Assembly (NCBI GenBank): GCA_964645975.1
Contig: CAZYAF010000010.1
Span: 67,682 to 131,681 of the forward strand
Direction: 5' to 3'
From: an uncultured Acidobacteriota bacterium
GTDB taxonomy: Bacteria > Acidobacteriota > B3-B38 > Guanabaribacteriales > CAZYAF01
DNA: 64,000 bases
In this document: piece after piece, positions 19,362-28,622 of the stretch
Numbering within the stretch: position 1 is the first letter of the stretch
Layout of the letters: each line of letters begins with the position of its first letter
The notes under the pieces: model-generated
Told to the model about the DNA's origin: nothing
What the model saw: only the letters and a program-made list of their open reading frames with translations
Database searches by the model: none
Position numbers and translations under genes: made by a program

Positions 19362-21055
19362 AAGAAAAAGGAAAATACAAAACCAAATTAGTCATCATTT
19401 TTAGCTGTATTCTTTGGCTTGCTATTTTGTATTTATGGATTACGCATTATGAGAATTGGCAGCTCAAAGAACAGCTAAAGTTTATCTCTCCTTTATTTCT
19501 GGCAATAAATTTTTTTCTTATACTATTTTTGGCAATTCTAAATTATAAATCTATCAAAGAACTCTTCACCAATCTTCCCAGGCACATACGTATCATCGTT
19601 ATTGTAATAGCTGTTTTGGGAGCTTTAATGTCAGGGCTAATTCCTGCAAGGACCCACCGCATCTACTATGACGAAACCATCTATCAACATATCGGTCAAA
19701 ACATAGCATATCTGAATAAAGCTCAGATGTGCAATTATGGGGATATAGATTACGATGAGTTCTACTGCCACCAGAGCGAGTATAACAAAGAACCCAATGG
19801 ATACCCCTTTCTATTGAGCATTGCTTACAGGCTGTTTGGCTGCCATGAGAGTGTCTCCTATATAATGAACAATTTGATTTATGGTTTATCTCTACTAACA
19901 ATCTTCTTTATTGCATCAATCTTATTCGAAAGCCACATCGCCGGCATCTACGCATCTCTTATCTTCTGTTTCATCCCGGTAAACCTGATCTGGTCGAACA
20001 ACACCTCAGCCGAGCTGTGCTCCTCGTGCTTCGCCGGGCTCGCCCTTTTAACTATGCTTCTATTTATAAAGAAATCCAAAGTTTTGCTGTTTGTATTAGC
20101 CATCGCAATGCTCGCATTTGCCATTCAGTTCCGCCCCGAATCACCAATGATTATATTTATTGTATTTCTCTCTTTACTCCTGTTTAAAAAAGATATTTTA
20201 AAAGATGAAAAATATTTTCTCTACACTATCATCTCCCTTGTTCTGGTACTACCAGTTGCAGTGCATTTTTATGCCATGAGTGGCGAAGCCTGGGGGGCTA
20301 CTACCAGTAGTAAATTAGCCCTGAAGTATTTTTCGCATAACATCAAAACCAACGGTCTTTTTTATCTCGATAACGTAAAATTTCCCTTGTTATTTTCCAT
20401 TCTCTTTTTCATTGGCATATTCTTTCCTAAAAAATGGAAGGAGAAGTCCGTTATATTCCTGTGGTTCTTTCTATTTTGGGGAATATTCGTCATCTTCTAT
20501 GCTGGAAGCTACGAATATGGAGCGGATGTCCGCTTTTCCCTGGTATCTTATATGCCTCTGGCATTATTAGCAGGCTTTGGACTCAAGCATATGGAGGATA
20601 TCACTTCGAAATTAACCAAGCCCTTTTATCTGAGAACACTGATTGTACTTATATTAATCATAACCTTGCTTAACTTTCTTCCCTATGTCCGTGCTGTGGG
20701 TCAGGAAGCCTGGGGAGCGCGGGCGGATTATGATTATGCAAAAGAGATGGATGAATTGCTGCCTGTGGATTCCTTGATTGTGTCTCATAATCCCAATATG
20801 TTTTTCTTATGGGGAAAAAATGCTGCACAGGCATCCATGGCGACCTATGATAAGCCCCTTTTAGACAGTCTCTTTAATAGATATACCGGAGGGATTTATT
20901 TTCATTACAGCTTCTGGTGCAATGTTCCCGATAAGGTGCAAAATGAATTCTGCGAGAATATCATATGTAATTACAAAACCACCCTGATCAAGGAATATAA
21001 AGAGAAATATTACAGATATGCCCTCTATAAAATCGAAAAGAAAGAAAATGGATGA
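19358..21055 (+). CDS. GT-C fold membrane glycosyltransferase, GT39/PMT_2 (ArnT/protein O-mannosyltransferase-like)
   Basis: Polytopic membrane protein with a YYDE acidic motif in the first extracytoplasmic loop (RTHRIYYDETIYQHIG). Its start overlaps the stop of the upstream gene by 4 nt. Confidence 0.65.
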   Translation: MKEKGKYKTKLVIIFSCILWLAILYLWITHYENWQLKEQLKFISPLFLAINFFLILFLAILNYKSIKELFTNLPRHIRIIVIVIAVLGALMSGLIPARTHRIYYDETIYQHIGQNIAYLNKAQMCNYGDIDYDEFYCHQSEYNKEPNGYPFLLSIAYRLFGCHESVSYIMNNLIYGLSLLTIFFIASILFESHIAGIYASLIFCFIPVNLIWSNNTSAELCSSCFAGLALLTMLLFIKKSKVLLFVLAIAMLAFAIQFRPESPMIIFIVFLSLLLFKKDILKDEKYFLYTIISLVLVLPVAVHFYAMSGEAWGATTSSKLALKYFSHNIKTNGLFYLDNVKFPLLFSILFFIGIFFPKKWKEKSVIFLWFFLFWGIFVIFYAGSYEYGADVRFSLVSYMPLALLAGFGLKHMEDITSKLTKPFYLRTLIVLILIITLLNFLPYVRAVGQEAWGARADYDYAKEMDELLPVDSLIVSHNPNMFFLWGKNAAQASMATYDKPLLDSLFNRYTGGIYFHYSFWCNVPDKVQNEFCENIICNYKTTLIKEYKEKYYRYALYKIEKKENG

Positions 21056-21283
21056 AAGTCCGGACAAACAGCCAGATAGGCTGCGCATATATCGCTAAAA
21101 TAAGGCAATATTATTCTGATAAATAAACACAACCGGAGAATGTTGTTTCTATAATTTCAGGATTAATAAGAAATACCAATAAGCTTTTTTTACATAATTT
21201 CTATTATTTTTGATCCTGGATTAAATGGTGGACGAGCGAGAATTAAAAAAAATTAATTTTTTTGTGAAAGATACCTGAAATAA

Positions 21284-21292
21284 TGGTATAAT
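21284..21292 (+). promoter_or_regulatory. Extended -10 promoter element TGGTATAAT upstream of paralog 1
   Basis: TGnTATAAT consensus lies about 80 nt upstream of the ATG at 21370. Equivalent elements sit upstream of paralog 2 (TGATATAAT, 22899-22907) and paralog 3 (TGGTATAAT, 23928-23936). Confidence 0.5.
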
Positions 21293-21369
21293 GCAAATAT
21301 TATCTTGTTACCATCATTTATTAGAAGAAGTTTATGATGTTTTGTTAATCATTTAAAGGGTAAGACTAT

Positions 21370-22212
21370 ATGAAAATATTATTTTTTCGTAAAGTCAAAG
21401 CTTATAGAGTTTTTATCGTCGGTTTCATCATTCTATTAGGAGCCGTAGCTTTTTATTTGAGCTGCCAGTCGAAATCTCCTACCGATGCTGCCGTACCTTC
21501 GACGGAATCCCTTGCAGCCAGGGATGCGAAAGGTACCACTCAAACAACTACTTCCTCAAGCACAACGACGACGATAAAGCCATTGAGCTCAGCTTCTATC
21601 TCCACGACCATCATCACTTCGCGTAACCTGACCACTACCTCTACCACATCTACTACTACATCAACAACTTCAATTCCAGGTGCCACTACCTCAATAATTC
21701 ACCCGGCTAATGTGAAATTTTGCTATATTATTGGAGTTTATAAACTCATGTGGGATGGTGTTGGCACGCAGCGCGCAAAAGGAGTGTCAAAGGTACCAAA
21801 ACAGATAACCATTTACAATGGCGATACTGTGCACATTCCCTGGGAATATTGCTTGAGCTTAAATTTCTACGTTCATAATGTTGGTGGTTCTCCGGCAGAA
21901 AATGTTAAGATTATTCCTCTATCCGGGCTAGCAACTTCTCAAAATATTTACAGAGGAGTATCTGGTGATCCTACAATTCCTATGCCTGTACTTCCTGAGA
22001 TAGCATTTCTTGCAAATGATGGCGTATGTGTAAAGCATCCACTTAGTTCTTTTTATCAATGCAAGAAAATTCAACTAAATACAGTAACCTCTCAAACTAC
22101 TATTGCCTGTGTGGTGAACAAATTTAAGTTGGACTGGAAAGATGCGAGATGGGATTCAGAATTCAGTTTTACTCAGTGTTATGGATATCCGAATAATTCC
22201 GTTCCCCATTAG
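21370..22212 (+). CDS. Secreted/membrane-anchored mucin-like protein, paralog 1: signal-anchor, Ser/Thr-rich linker, Cys-containing CARDB-like C-terminal domain
   Basis: YLSCQSKSPTDA lipobox-like N-terminus. The TTQTTTSSSTTTTIKPL low-complexity S/T tract is conserved at the nucleotide level with paralog 2. C-terminal NVGGSPAENVKIIP motif. Confidence 0.7.
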   Translation: MKILFFRKVKAYRVFIVGFIILLGAVAFYLSCQSKSPTDAAVPSTESLAARDAKGTTQTTTSSSTTTTIKPLSSASISTTIITSRNLTTTSTTSTTTSTTSIPGATTSIIHPANVKFCYIIGVYKLMWDGVGTQRAKGVSKVPKQITIYNGDTVHIPWEYCLSLNFYVHNVGGSPAENVKIIPLSGLATSQNIYRGVSGDPTIPMPVLPEIAFLANDGVCVKHPLSSFYQCKKIQLNTVTSQTTIACVVNKFKLDWKDARWDSEFSFTQCYGYPNNSVPH

Positions 22213-22424
22213 TATTATCCTTTCTCAAGTGCAAAGGGCTCGATAGTTTGCTAAAACTTGAACAGAAACTATGAATAGTTATTCATAGCAAGCGGATATA
22301 TTCTGTTTAACTTCCGTGCGTTTTTAATGAGAAAGATGTGCTATTTTATTAGTGCATTTTAGAATAGCTTCCATCAGCAATAAAGTTTAAAATCTCCTTT
22401 TATTCATTCAAGTAACTAAGTTAG

Positions 22425-22690
22425 ATTGTGAAAAAGGGATGTTTGTGAACAGGGAAAATTTCTATAAATTTTTTCCTTCCTTGTATTATTCTTCTCTTAG
22501 GTAAGTGTAGTAGCCATCTATTTAAGCTGTACATCCAAATCTCCTGCAGATGCTACTGCACCTTGAAGTGAGACTTTGGCAGCCAAGGGTGCAAATAATA
22601 CAACACAAACAACCTCCTTAATCATCAAAACGACCACCGCACGGCCATCGAGCTCAGCAGCTACTTCCAGTTTACAATTTGTGTTCAGGT
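22425..22690 (+). pseudogene. Decayed fourth copy of the mucin-like paralog family. Start codons are mutated to GTG, there is an in-frame TGA, and the C-terminal domain is lost.
   Basis: Nucleotide similarity to the 5' regions of paralogs 2 and 3. Translation VAIYLSCTSKSPADATAP*SETLAAKGANNTTQTT matches the family. The upstream region is also paralogous. Confidence 0.65.
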
Positions 22691-22979
22691 GGTAGATTAA
22701 TCTTATCTTTGCGGTTGCTAAAATTTTATGAGCTCCAAAAAGAAAAAATATATTCATATAAATATCTTAGACACGATCTTGTTTTCGACTCAGAAGAAAG
22801 ACGCTCGGTATTATTTATTCCTGAACATTGCGAATTTATTTGTTGCAAAATATTTTTGGTACGTTCTCATATTTTTTTATGAAAAAAATATGTTATGGTG
22901 ATATAATATATTTTATATATAAATAGATTTTTAAAAAAGTGAGATAAACATTTTCAACCTTCAAGTAGGAGGGTATATT

Positions 22980-23792
22980 ATGAAGGATAATATTATTATA
23001 GGAAAGAAAAATTACAGCTATTGTATTTTATGTTTTATTCTTCTTATAGGAATTTTAGTTTTTTATTTAAGTTGTGAATCCAAATCTCCCACTGATGCTA
23101 CTGCAGCTTCAACTGAAACCCTGGCAGCCAGAGGTACGAAAGGCACTACTCAAACAACTACCTCCTCCAGCACAACGACGACGATAAAACCCTTGAACCC
23201 GGCTGCTACCGCCAGTACTATCGTCACCTCTCGAAACCTTACTACCACCACTATTGGCGTGCTACCGACGACTACTACAACAATAAGCCAATTACCTGAT
23301 GTGCAGTTTTGCGATATTATGGTACTTTATGAAAGGCGGAATTTTCCAATTCTTAATTCAAAGGGAGTTGTGCCACCAGAAGATCTGCCACATAAATTGT
23401 TTATTAAAAATGGTGGCACCATTAGGATTCCTATCCAGGGGTACTGCGTGAAAATATATGTCCGGGTTAAAAATGTTGGTGGTGCTCCGGCAAATAATGT
23501 TAAGGTTATTCCTGAAAACCTAATTAGTACAAAATATTTTGACAGGCGAGCTATGAATCATTTTGAACCTCCTGTGATTCACACCCTCCCAAATGATAGT
23601 TATTGTAGAGAGCATCCTGTTAGTAATATATTTTGGTATGGCTGTTGGGCTCGGGACGCTGGGCAAATTATAAAATCAACTATATTTTTACCAGAGTGCA
23701 TTGATATTTATTTGAAGCTGCAATGGCAGGGTGCAACGCATGAGCCAAAATTCCAATTTAAAATTTGTTTTTATTGGCCGTATGATGATTAA
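22980..23792 (+). CDS. Mucin-like secreted protein, paralog 2
   Basis: Same N-terminus and S/T linker as paralog 1 (FYLSCESKSPTDATAASTETLAARGTKGTTQTTTSSSTTTTIKPL). The C-terminal domain is diverged and retains KNVGGAPANNVKVIP. Confidence 0.7.
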   Translation: MKDNIIIGKKNYSYCILCFILLIGILVFYLSCESKSPTDATAASTETLAARGTKGTTQTTTSSSTTTTIKPLNPAATASTIVTSRNLTTTTIGVLPTTTTTISQLPDVQFCDIMVLYERRNFPILNSKGVVPPEDLPHKLFIKNGGTIRIPIQGYCVKIYVRVKNVGGAPANNVKVIPENLISTKYFDRRAMNHFEPPVIHTLPNDSYCREHPVSNIFWYGCWARDAGQIIKSTIFLPECIDIYLKLQWQGATHEPKFQFKICFYWPYDD

Positions 23793-24016
23793 TATCATCA
23801 TTTCCCAGTTGCAAAAGATTCGATAAAAAGCTAAAGCTTGAATAAGAGCCATAAATAGCTTTTCGCAGCTATTAAATATATTCTGCTTAGTTCATGTACA
23901 TTATTTAATGAAAAAAATGTGCTAACGTGGTATAATATATATTGCATCTAAGAATTGCCAACCGAAGAAATAGAAAAAAAGCCACTTTTTACTCCTCTAA
24001 GTAGTCAAATTAGATT

Positions 24017-24739
24017 ATGAAAGAGGAATATATGAACAGGCAAAATTTCCACTGGTATTTTATTCTTTGTTTTATTCTTATCTTGGCTGTTGTAGCTTTT
24101 TATGTAAGTTGTAAATCGAAGTCTCCTACAGAATCCACATCAGCATTGAATGGGCAGGTCGCAGGACAGAATGCGAATAGCACCACTCAGACCACCACCT
24201 CTTCCAGCACCACAACTACTGTCAAACCGGAAAGTTCACCTACCAACACCACCACTCTCATTACTTCCAGAAACCTGACAACTACCTCCACTTCTACATC
24301 CACCACAACCTCTATACCAACAACCACTACAACCACAAAAAGACCAACCACTACATCAATAGGAAATCCCTTGTTGAAATGGTGCTCTGTTACGATTAAT
24401 GGAATACCAAGAGGAGAAGTTTATGATATACCACCTAATTCAAAGAAATTAACTATTGGTATTTCCATTAAAAATGTTGGAACAGCTCCTGCAAAAAAAG
24501 TAGCTGCTAACCTATATATTGAAGATCCCTCGGATAATATATTTCCAGTATCTGATGGTTATGAATATCTGGGAACGATTCCGGCTGATAATAAGTGTTA
24601 TGGTTCATCATCAGCTTTTTATATGGAAGTCGTCGGCACTCCTTCGGATGACTGGTGCTGGATTCATATAGTAATAAACGTCCCCGGTTGTAAAAACTGC
24701 TCCATCGATTATTATATTTATATTGATGTAATATACTGA
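24017..24739 (+). CDS. Mucin-like secreted protein, paralog 3
   Basis: FYVSCKSKSPTES followed by an S/T tract and TSRNLTTTS. The C-terminal domain is diverged and Cys-rich, with KNVGTAPAKKVAANLYI. Confidence 0.7.
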   Translation: MKEEYMNRQNFHWYFILCFILILAVVAFYVSCKSKSPTESTSALNGQVAGQNANSTTQTTTSSSTTTTVKPESSPTNTTTLITSRNLTTTSTSTSTTTSIPTTTTTTKRPTTTSIGNPLLKWCSVTINGIPRGEVYDIPPNSKKLTIGISIKNVGTAPAKKVAANLYIEDPSDNIFPVSDGYEYLGTIPADNKCYGSSSAFYMEVVGTPSDDWCWIHIVINVPGCKNCSIDYYIYIDVIY

Positions 24740-25126
24740 TGCAGATTAAATTAATTGAGAAATAGCTTTAACTCTCCAGCGGAACTTTTCGCATCAATTT
24801 AACAACAAAGGAAAGGAAAATAATCTTTAATATATCTTTTTATTAAAACTCAATAATCAGGAGTCTGCTTTAACTAACCGCGTGATTTTAAAGCGTATTT
24901 TTCTTGTCCTCCCCAAACCTGCATAAGAATTTATACTTTCGCCAAAAATGAATCTTCAATATCTATAAGATTTTTTTTATTTAAGGTTATGCGAAATTGC
25001 AAATAGAAAGCAAAAATTGGGTGAACTTTTTTTAAGTATAAAATGGAAGCTATTTCTGGTCATATAAAGTAGGGACAGGCGGCAAAGCCACTTCATTATA
25101 TCAAGCACACAAAGGGCATCCGTGTA

Positions 25127-25164
25127 GGGACAGGGCTTGTCCCTGTCCGAAGCAGCTTTTCGGA
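25127..25164. other. GC-rich pair of overlapping, mutually exclusive hairpins in an AT-rich intergenic region
   Basis: GGACAGGG-cttgt-CCCTGTCC is an 8-bp stem. GTCCGAA-gcagctt-TTCGGAC is a 7-bp stem. The two share the 4 nt GTCC. Confidence 0.4.
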
Positions 25165-25386
25165 CAACCACGAGGGCTGTCTCTACAAAGTATTCCTTCG
25201 TAGAGAAAGAGCTTGATCTTAATGCACAGCAATCTCAAGGCTTGCCATTTTTAGAGGAACCGCAGCATAAGAAATCCTTTACATGAAGAATCTTTTGCGG
25301 TAATTTATAAGTTGTGAATTCAGGTATTTTTCATTTCAAGGTAGTCCCATTATTCTTAGTAATATTAAGGACGACTATTAAGTAAA

Positions 25387-27441
25387 TTGAAGCAAAATAT
25401 TAGAAGCCGTTTTTCTGGTTTTACCCTCCAGGGGAAGCAGCTTCGATTTAGTCAGCACATAGGTATAATTATCTGTTTGCTCCTTGTGGGAGTTATGATT
25501 CGCCTTTATTTTTTCTCCGGCTTTGTGCTGGGGGATGATCCCACCTATGCGCAGTACGTGTCCCTTATCCTGAAGGGAAATTATCCTAAGATTGATGAGT
25601 TTGCCGTTTTTGCCTGTCGCCCAGTGCTTCTTTTTGTTACTGCCATCCCTGTTTATCTGTTCGGCTGGCAGGAGTGGAGCTTCGTGCTCCCCATATTAAT
25701 AGCCTCTCTGCTCAATATTGTAATAATCTATTTAGCAGGCAACAGGTTCCACAGCCCACTGGCCGGAATCCTGGGAGCTCTGGCGTATCTCATCTTTCCC
25801 CTGGATGCGGTTAACGCAACAACATATAGCAATGATATTCTGCTCTCCACCTTTGTCTGGGGTGGGGGGCTTTTGCTTCTTTTCTCTTATAAGAAATTTC
25901 ATCAAAAAAAATATCTCATTTTTACTTTTTTATTAGGCTTCATTGTTGGTGCATCCGTAGGGATTAAGCTCAACGCTCTCGTAGCAGTTGTGCTCTTTTC
26001 AGGAGTTTTGGCTTTCACTTTATGGAAACAATTAAGAAAAGGAGCTTATAAGTCTCTCGTTGCCTGGAGTGTCGGATGGCTTGGAGCCAATCTTTTGCTG
26101 TGCCTTTTCTTTTTCTATCAAAGCGGGAGTTTTCTCGCACATTACCACATTGAAAAAAGGTTCAATTTAGTCCATAAGCCTTCCGGATTTATTCCCGAAG
26201 CAAGCAGCTTAAAATCATTTCTCCTGGTCTATCCAAAATTGATGCTGGGCATAGGGAAAGAAGGTCATTCAGGCTATTTCTTTCTTCCCTATGGCTACTT
26301 TTTTCTATTTTTCCTCTGCTGCTTACCCTTCGCCTTTTCCAAACGTTTCAAAGCATCCAGGTTGCCCATAGTTCTCAGCCTATTCTACTTATTCGTCATG
26401 GAATTTGCCCCCTTACAGTTGCTTCCGCATTATATTCCCATCCATCGGCTGCCGCGTTTTCTGCATATCGCCTCGATGCCCGCAGCAATGGCTATTGGCA
26501 TTACCTTTGCCGTGTTAATAAGGTTTCGCAGCAAAGTTATAAAAATATCTTCCGGGATAATTTTTCTATTCTTAATTATTTCGTCAGTTTATTGGGTTTG
26601 GACGAAAGCTTATTTTTATCAGGATTGCGCTCAGGATAGAAGATGGACCTGGGACACTATCAAGTATCTCTCAGGGAGAGAAATAATAATAGACCCGGAG
26701 ATGTTGAGCTATCTGGAGTTTCGTTCCGGTTATCAACCGGTCATACCTATAAGATTTTTGGAGCAGATGCCCAGGGCATTTTCAAAAGCTACTATAGTAA
26801 TTCTGGATGGGGCCAGGAGACCGGACCTGTATCCCGGGTATGCCAAGGCCTGGAGAAAAGACAAGTATCCTGAGGAAAAGTATATTATCGCCGAAGCGCG
26901 CTTTCCGCTCAAATCCTGGAGACAATCAAATGTGAAAATTTATTATTTGCCTCCTAATATCTCGAATGCATATCATCATACGTCAATAAAGGATATGGAA
27001 AAAATTGGCGAGCTCGATATTGGAAATCCTGACTCTGAAAGGGAGTTTGATTATACCATTGACTTGCAGACCTGGCAGGGATCCAGGGAATTTTCTTATC
27101 CGGGTAGCATTCTTTGCGAGGATGATGGAAGAGCATTCCGTGGAAAAGAAGAATTCACGCTGAACCAGCTATTTCCCAATCGATCACTCATTATTTTAAA
27201 ACGTTATGATCCTGCGGTTCGAAACCAGGAGGTAAAGGTATATTTTAATGATCAATTTATTGGCAGGTGGAAATTTGAAGAAACTCCTCTACACGGAAAG
27301 TGGAGAGAAAGTACGTTTATCATCCCTTCAGATCAGATAAAACACAAAAAAGGTACTCTCAGCTTCTTTTTTCTAAAAAGCGCTTTTGATATTAACAGTT
27401 TTTACTACTGGTTTTACCAGCCAAAGATATCTTCTCAGTGA
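25387..27441 (+). CDS. Second GT-C-type polytopic membrane glycosyltransferase-like protein (GT39/GT83-like), with a C-terminal soluble domain
   Basis: About 12 predicted TM helices. Acidic loop-1 motif FSGFVLGDDPTYAQY. C-terminal ~250-aa periplasmic-type domain. The start is uncertain: a TTG at 25387 in the track, with the first ATG at 25495 falling inside TM1. Confidence 0.5.
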   Translation: MKQNIRSRFSGFTLQGKQLRFSQHIGIIICLLLVGVMIRLYFFSGFVLGDDPTYAQYVSLILKGNYPKIDEFAVFACRPVLLFVTAIPVYLFGWQEWSFVLPILIASLLNIVIIYLAGNRFHSPLAGILGALAYLIFPLDAVNATTYSNDILLSTFVWGGGLLLLFSYKKFHQKKYLIFTFLLGFIVGASVGIKLNALVAVVLFSGVLAFTLWKQLRKGAYKSLVAWSVGWLGANLLLCLFFFYQSGSFLAHYHIEKRFNLVHKPSGFIPEASSLKSFLLVYPKLMLGIGKEGHSGYFFLPYGYFFLFFLCCLPFAFSKRFKASRLPIVLSLFYLFVMEFAPLQLLPHYIPIHRLPRFLHIASMPAAMAIGITFAVLIRFRSKVIKISSGIIFLFLIISSVYWVWTKAYFYQDCAQDRRWTWDTIKYLSGREIIIDPEMLSYLEFRSGYQPVIPIRFLEQMPRAFSKATIVILDGARRPDLYPGYAKAWRKDKYPEEKYIIAEARFPLKSWRQSNVKIYYLPPNISNAYHHTSIKDMEKIGELDIGNPDSEREFDYTIDLQTWQGSREFSYPGSILCEDDGRAFRGKEEFTLNQLFPNRSLIILKRYDPAVRNQEVKVYFNDQFIGRWKFEETPLHGKWRESTFIIPSDQIKHKKGTLSFFFLKSAFDINSFYYWFYQPKISSQ

Positions 27442-27480
27442 GCACAGAATAATTTATTGATTCTGTAATAATTTGGAAAA

Positions 27481-28311
27481 CTACTTGAGTTTCCTGCGCA
27501 TCAGATTAAGTAAGTCAATTCTATTCTTGCTGTTAATTGTTGGTGCATTAAGGATTTGCATTTCATCAAATGCAGCGGGGATTACCTGTTCATCACTTAC
27601 CTTCTGGATAACAAATGTTTGCCCGGTAAAGCCACTTTGATAGAATCTTCCATCAATTCTATCAAATAACTTATTCGGCTCCGCTTCAATAATAACCGCT
27701 GTATACATTCTCCTTTTATCAGCCCACATCATGTCAATAGTATCGTCAGTTTTATATCTACCGGTAATCTCATCATTATAGATTGTGTGACCTTTATATT
27801 TCCAGATTACTTCGCCGCTCAGGTCTCTGTCCTGCTGAAGCAAATATAACTTCAACGCAACGTCTTCTCCATCCCAATTGAGCCAACCAGTCCAGCCTCC
27901 AGTTAACGCTCTTACAGTAATCGTTTTTGATGAGCTGGTTTCTGTTCCATTATTATCAGTAACGGTTAACGTTGCCTGGAATGCTCCAGCGGACCTATAG
28001 ATGTGGTTTACTATTTTGCCCTGTTTGGAATTCCCGTCTCCAAAATCCCATTTATAGCTGGCGATGGATTTGCTGCTCAACGATTGGCTTTTAAGAGTGC
28101 CACTGGTGTCGCTGGAGCCGCTGGCATCGAATTGTACTTTAAAAGGACAATTGCCTTTTGCAGCACTAACAGCGAAGGTGGATGTTGGGGGTGTATTGGG
28201 TTGTGTAGGGCTTGCAGGAGATGATTCTTTATCATCACAAGCAATGAAGGCAAGCAGTGAAAGGAGACAAATTAATAATAGCTTAATATACCTCATGTCC
28301 CTCCCTTTCAT
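27481..28311 (-). CDS. PKD-domain lipoprotein
   Basis: Lipobox LAFIACDD. PKD signature YKWDFGDGNSKQG...ATLTVTDNNG. AAGGGAGGG RBS near the internal ATG at 28296. Confidence 0.7.
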   Translation of the reverse strand: MKGRDMRYIKLLLICLLSLLAFIACDDKESSPASPTQPNTPPTSTFAVSAAKGNCPFKVQFDASGSSDTSGTLKSQSLSSKSIASYKWDFGDGNSKQGKIVNHIYRSAGAFQATLTVTDNNGTETSSSKTITVRALTGGWTGWLNWDGEDVALKLYLLQQDRDLSGEVIWKYKGHTIYNDEITGRYKTDDTIDMMWADKRRMYTAVIIEAEPNKLFDRIDGRFYQSGFTGQTFVIQKVSDEQVIPAAFDEMQILNAPTINSKNRIDLLNLMRRKLK

Positions 28312-28622
28312 ACGTTAAAAATGGATACTGTTTTTATTATATATACCAATTTGAAAATCGAAAAAAAACCTAACATAAATGCCTTGCTGCTTGGCATTAT
28401 TTAATACACACCGTGTTGAATTATTCCAATGATACTATTTAATTTTAGTCTATGTTAAAATTAAATTTTATAAAAGTCAAGATTTTAAATTTAAAAATAA
28501 TGATTTGATGAATTGAAGATTTACCCAGAGATATTAACGAGATTATAATAACTGCTTGATTTGACAATTAATAGCTACCAAGATAATTTGCAGGTTGATA
28601 GGAAGTAAGTTGTTAAAAACAA

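Noticed and set aside
22518-22882. Short ORFs 22518-22757(-) and 22679-22882(+) between paralogs 1 and 2
   Set aside because: They overlap the decayed paralog copy and its AT-rich promoter region. They are explained by the pseudogene.
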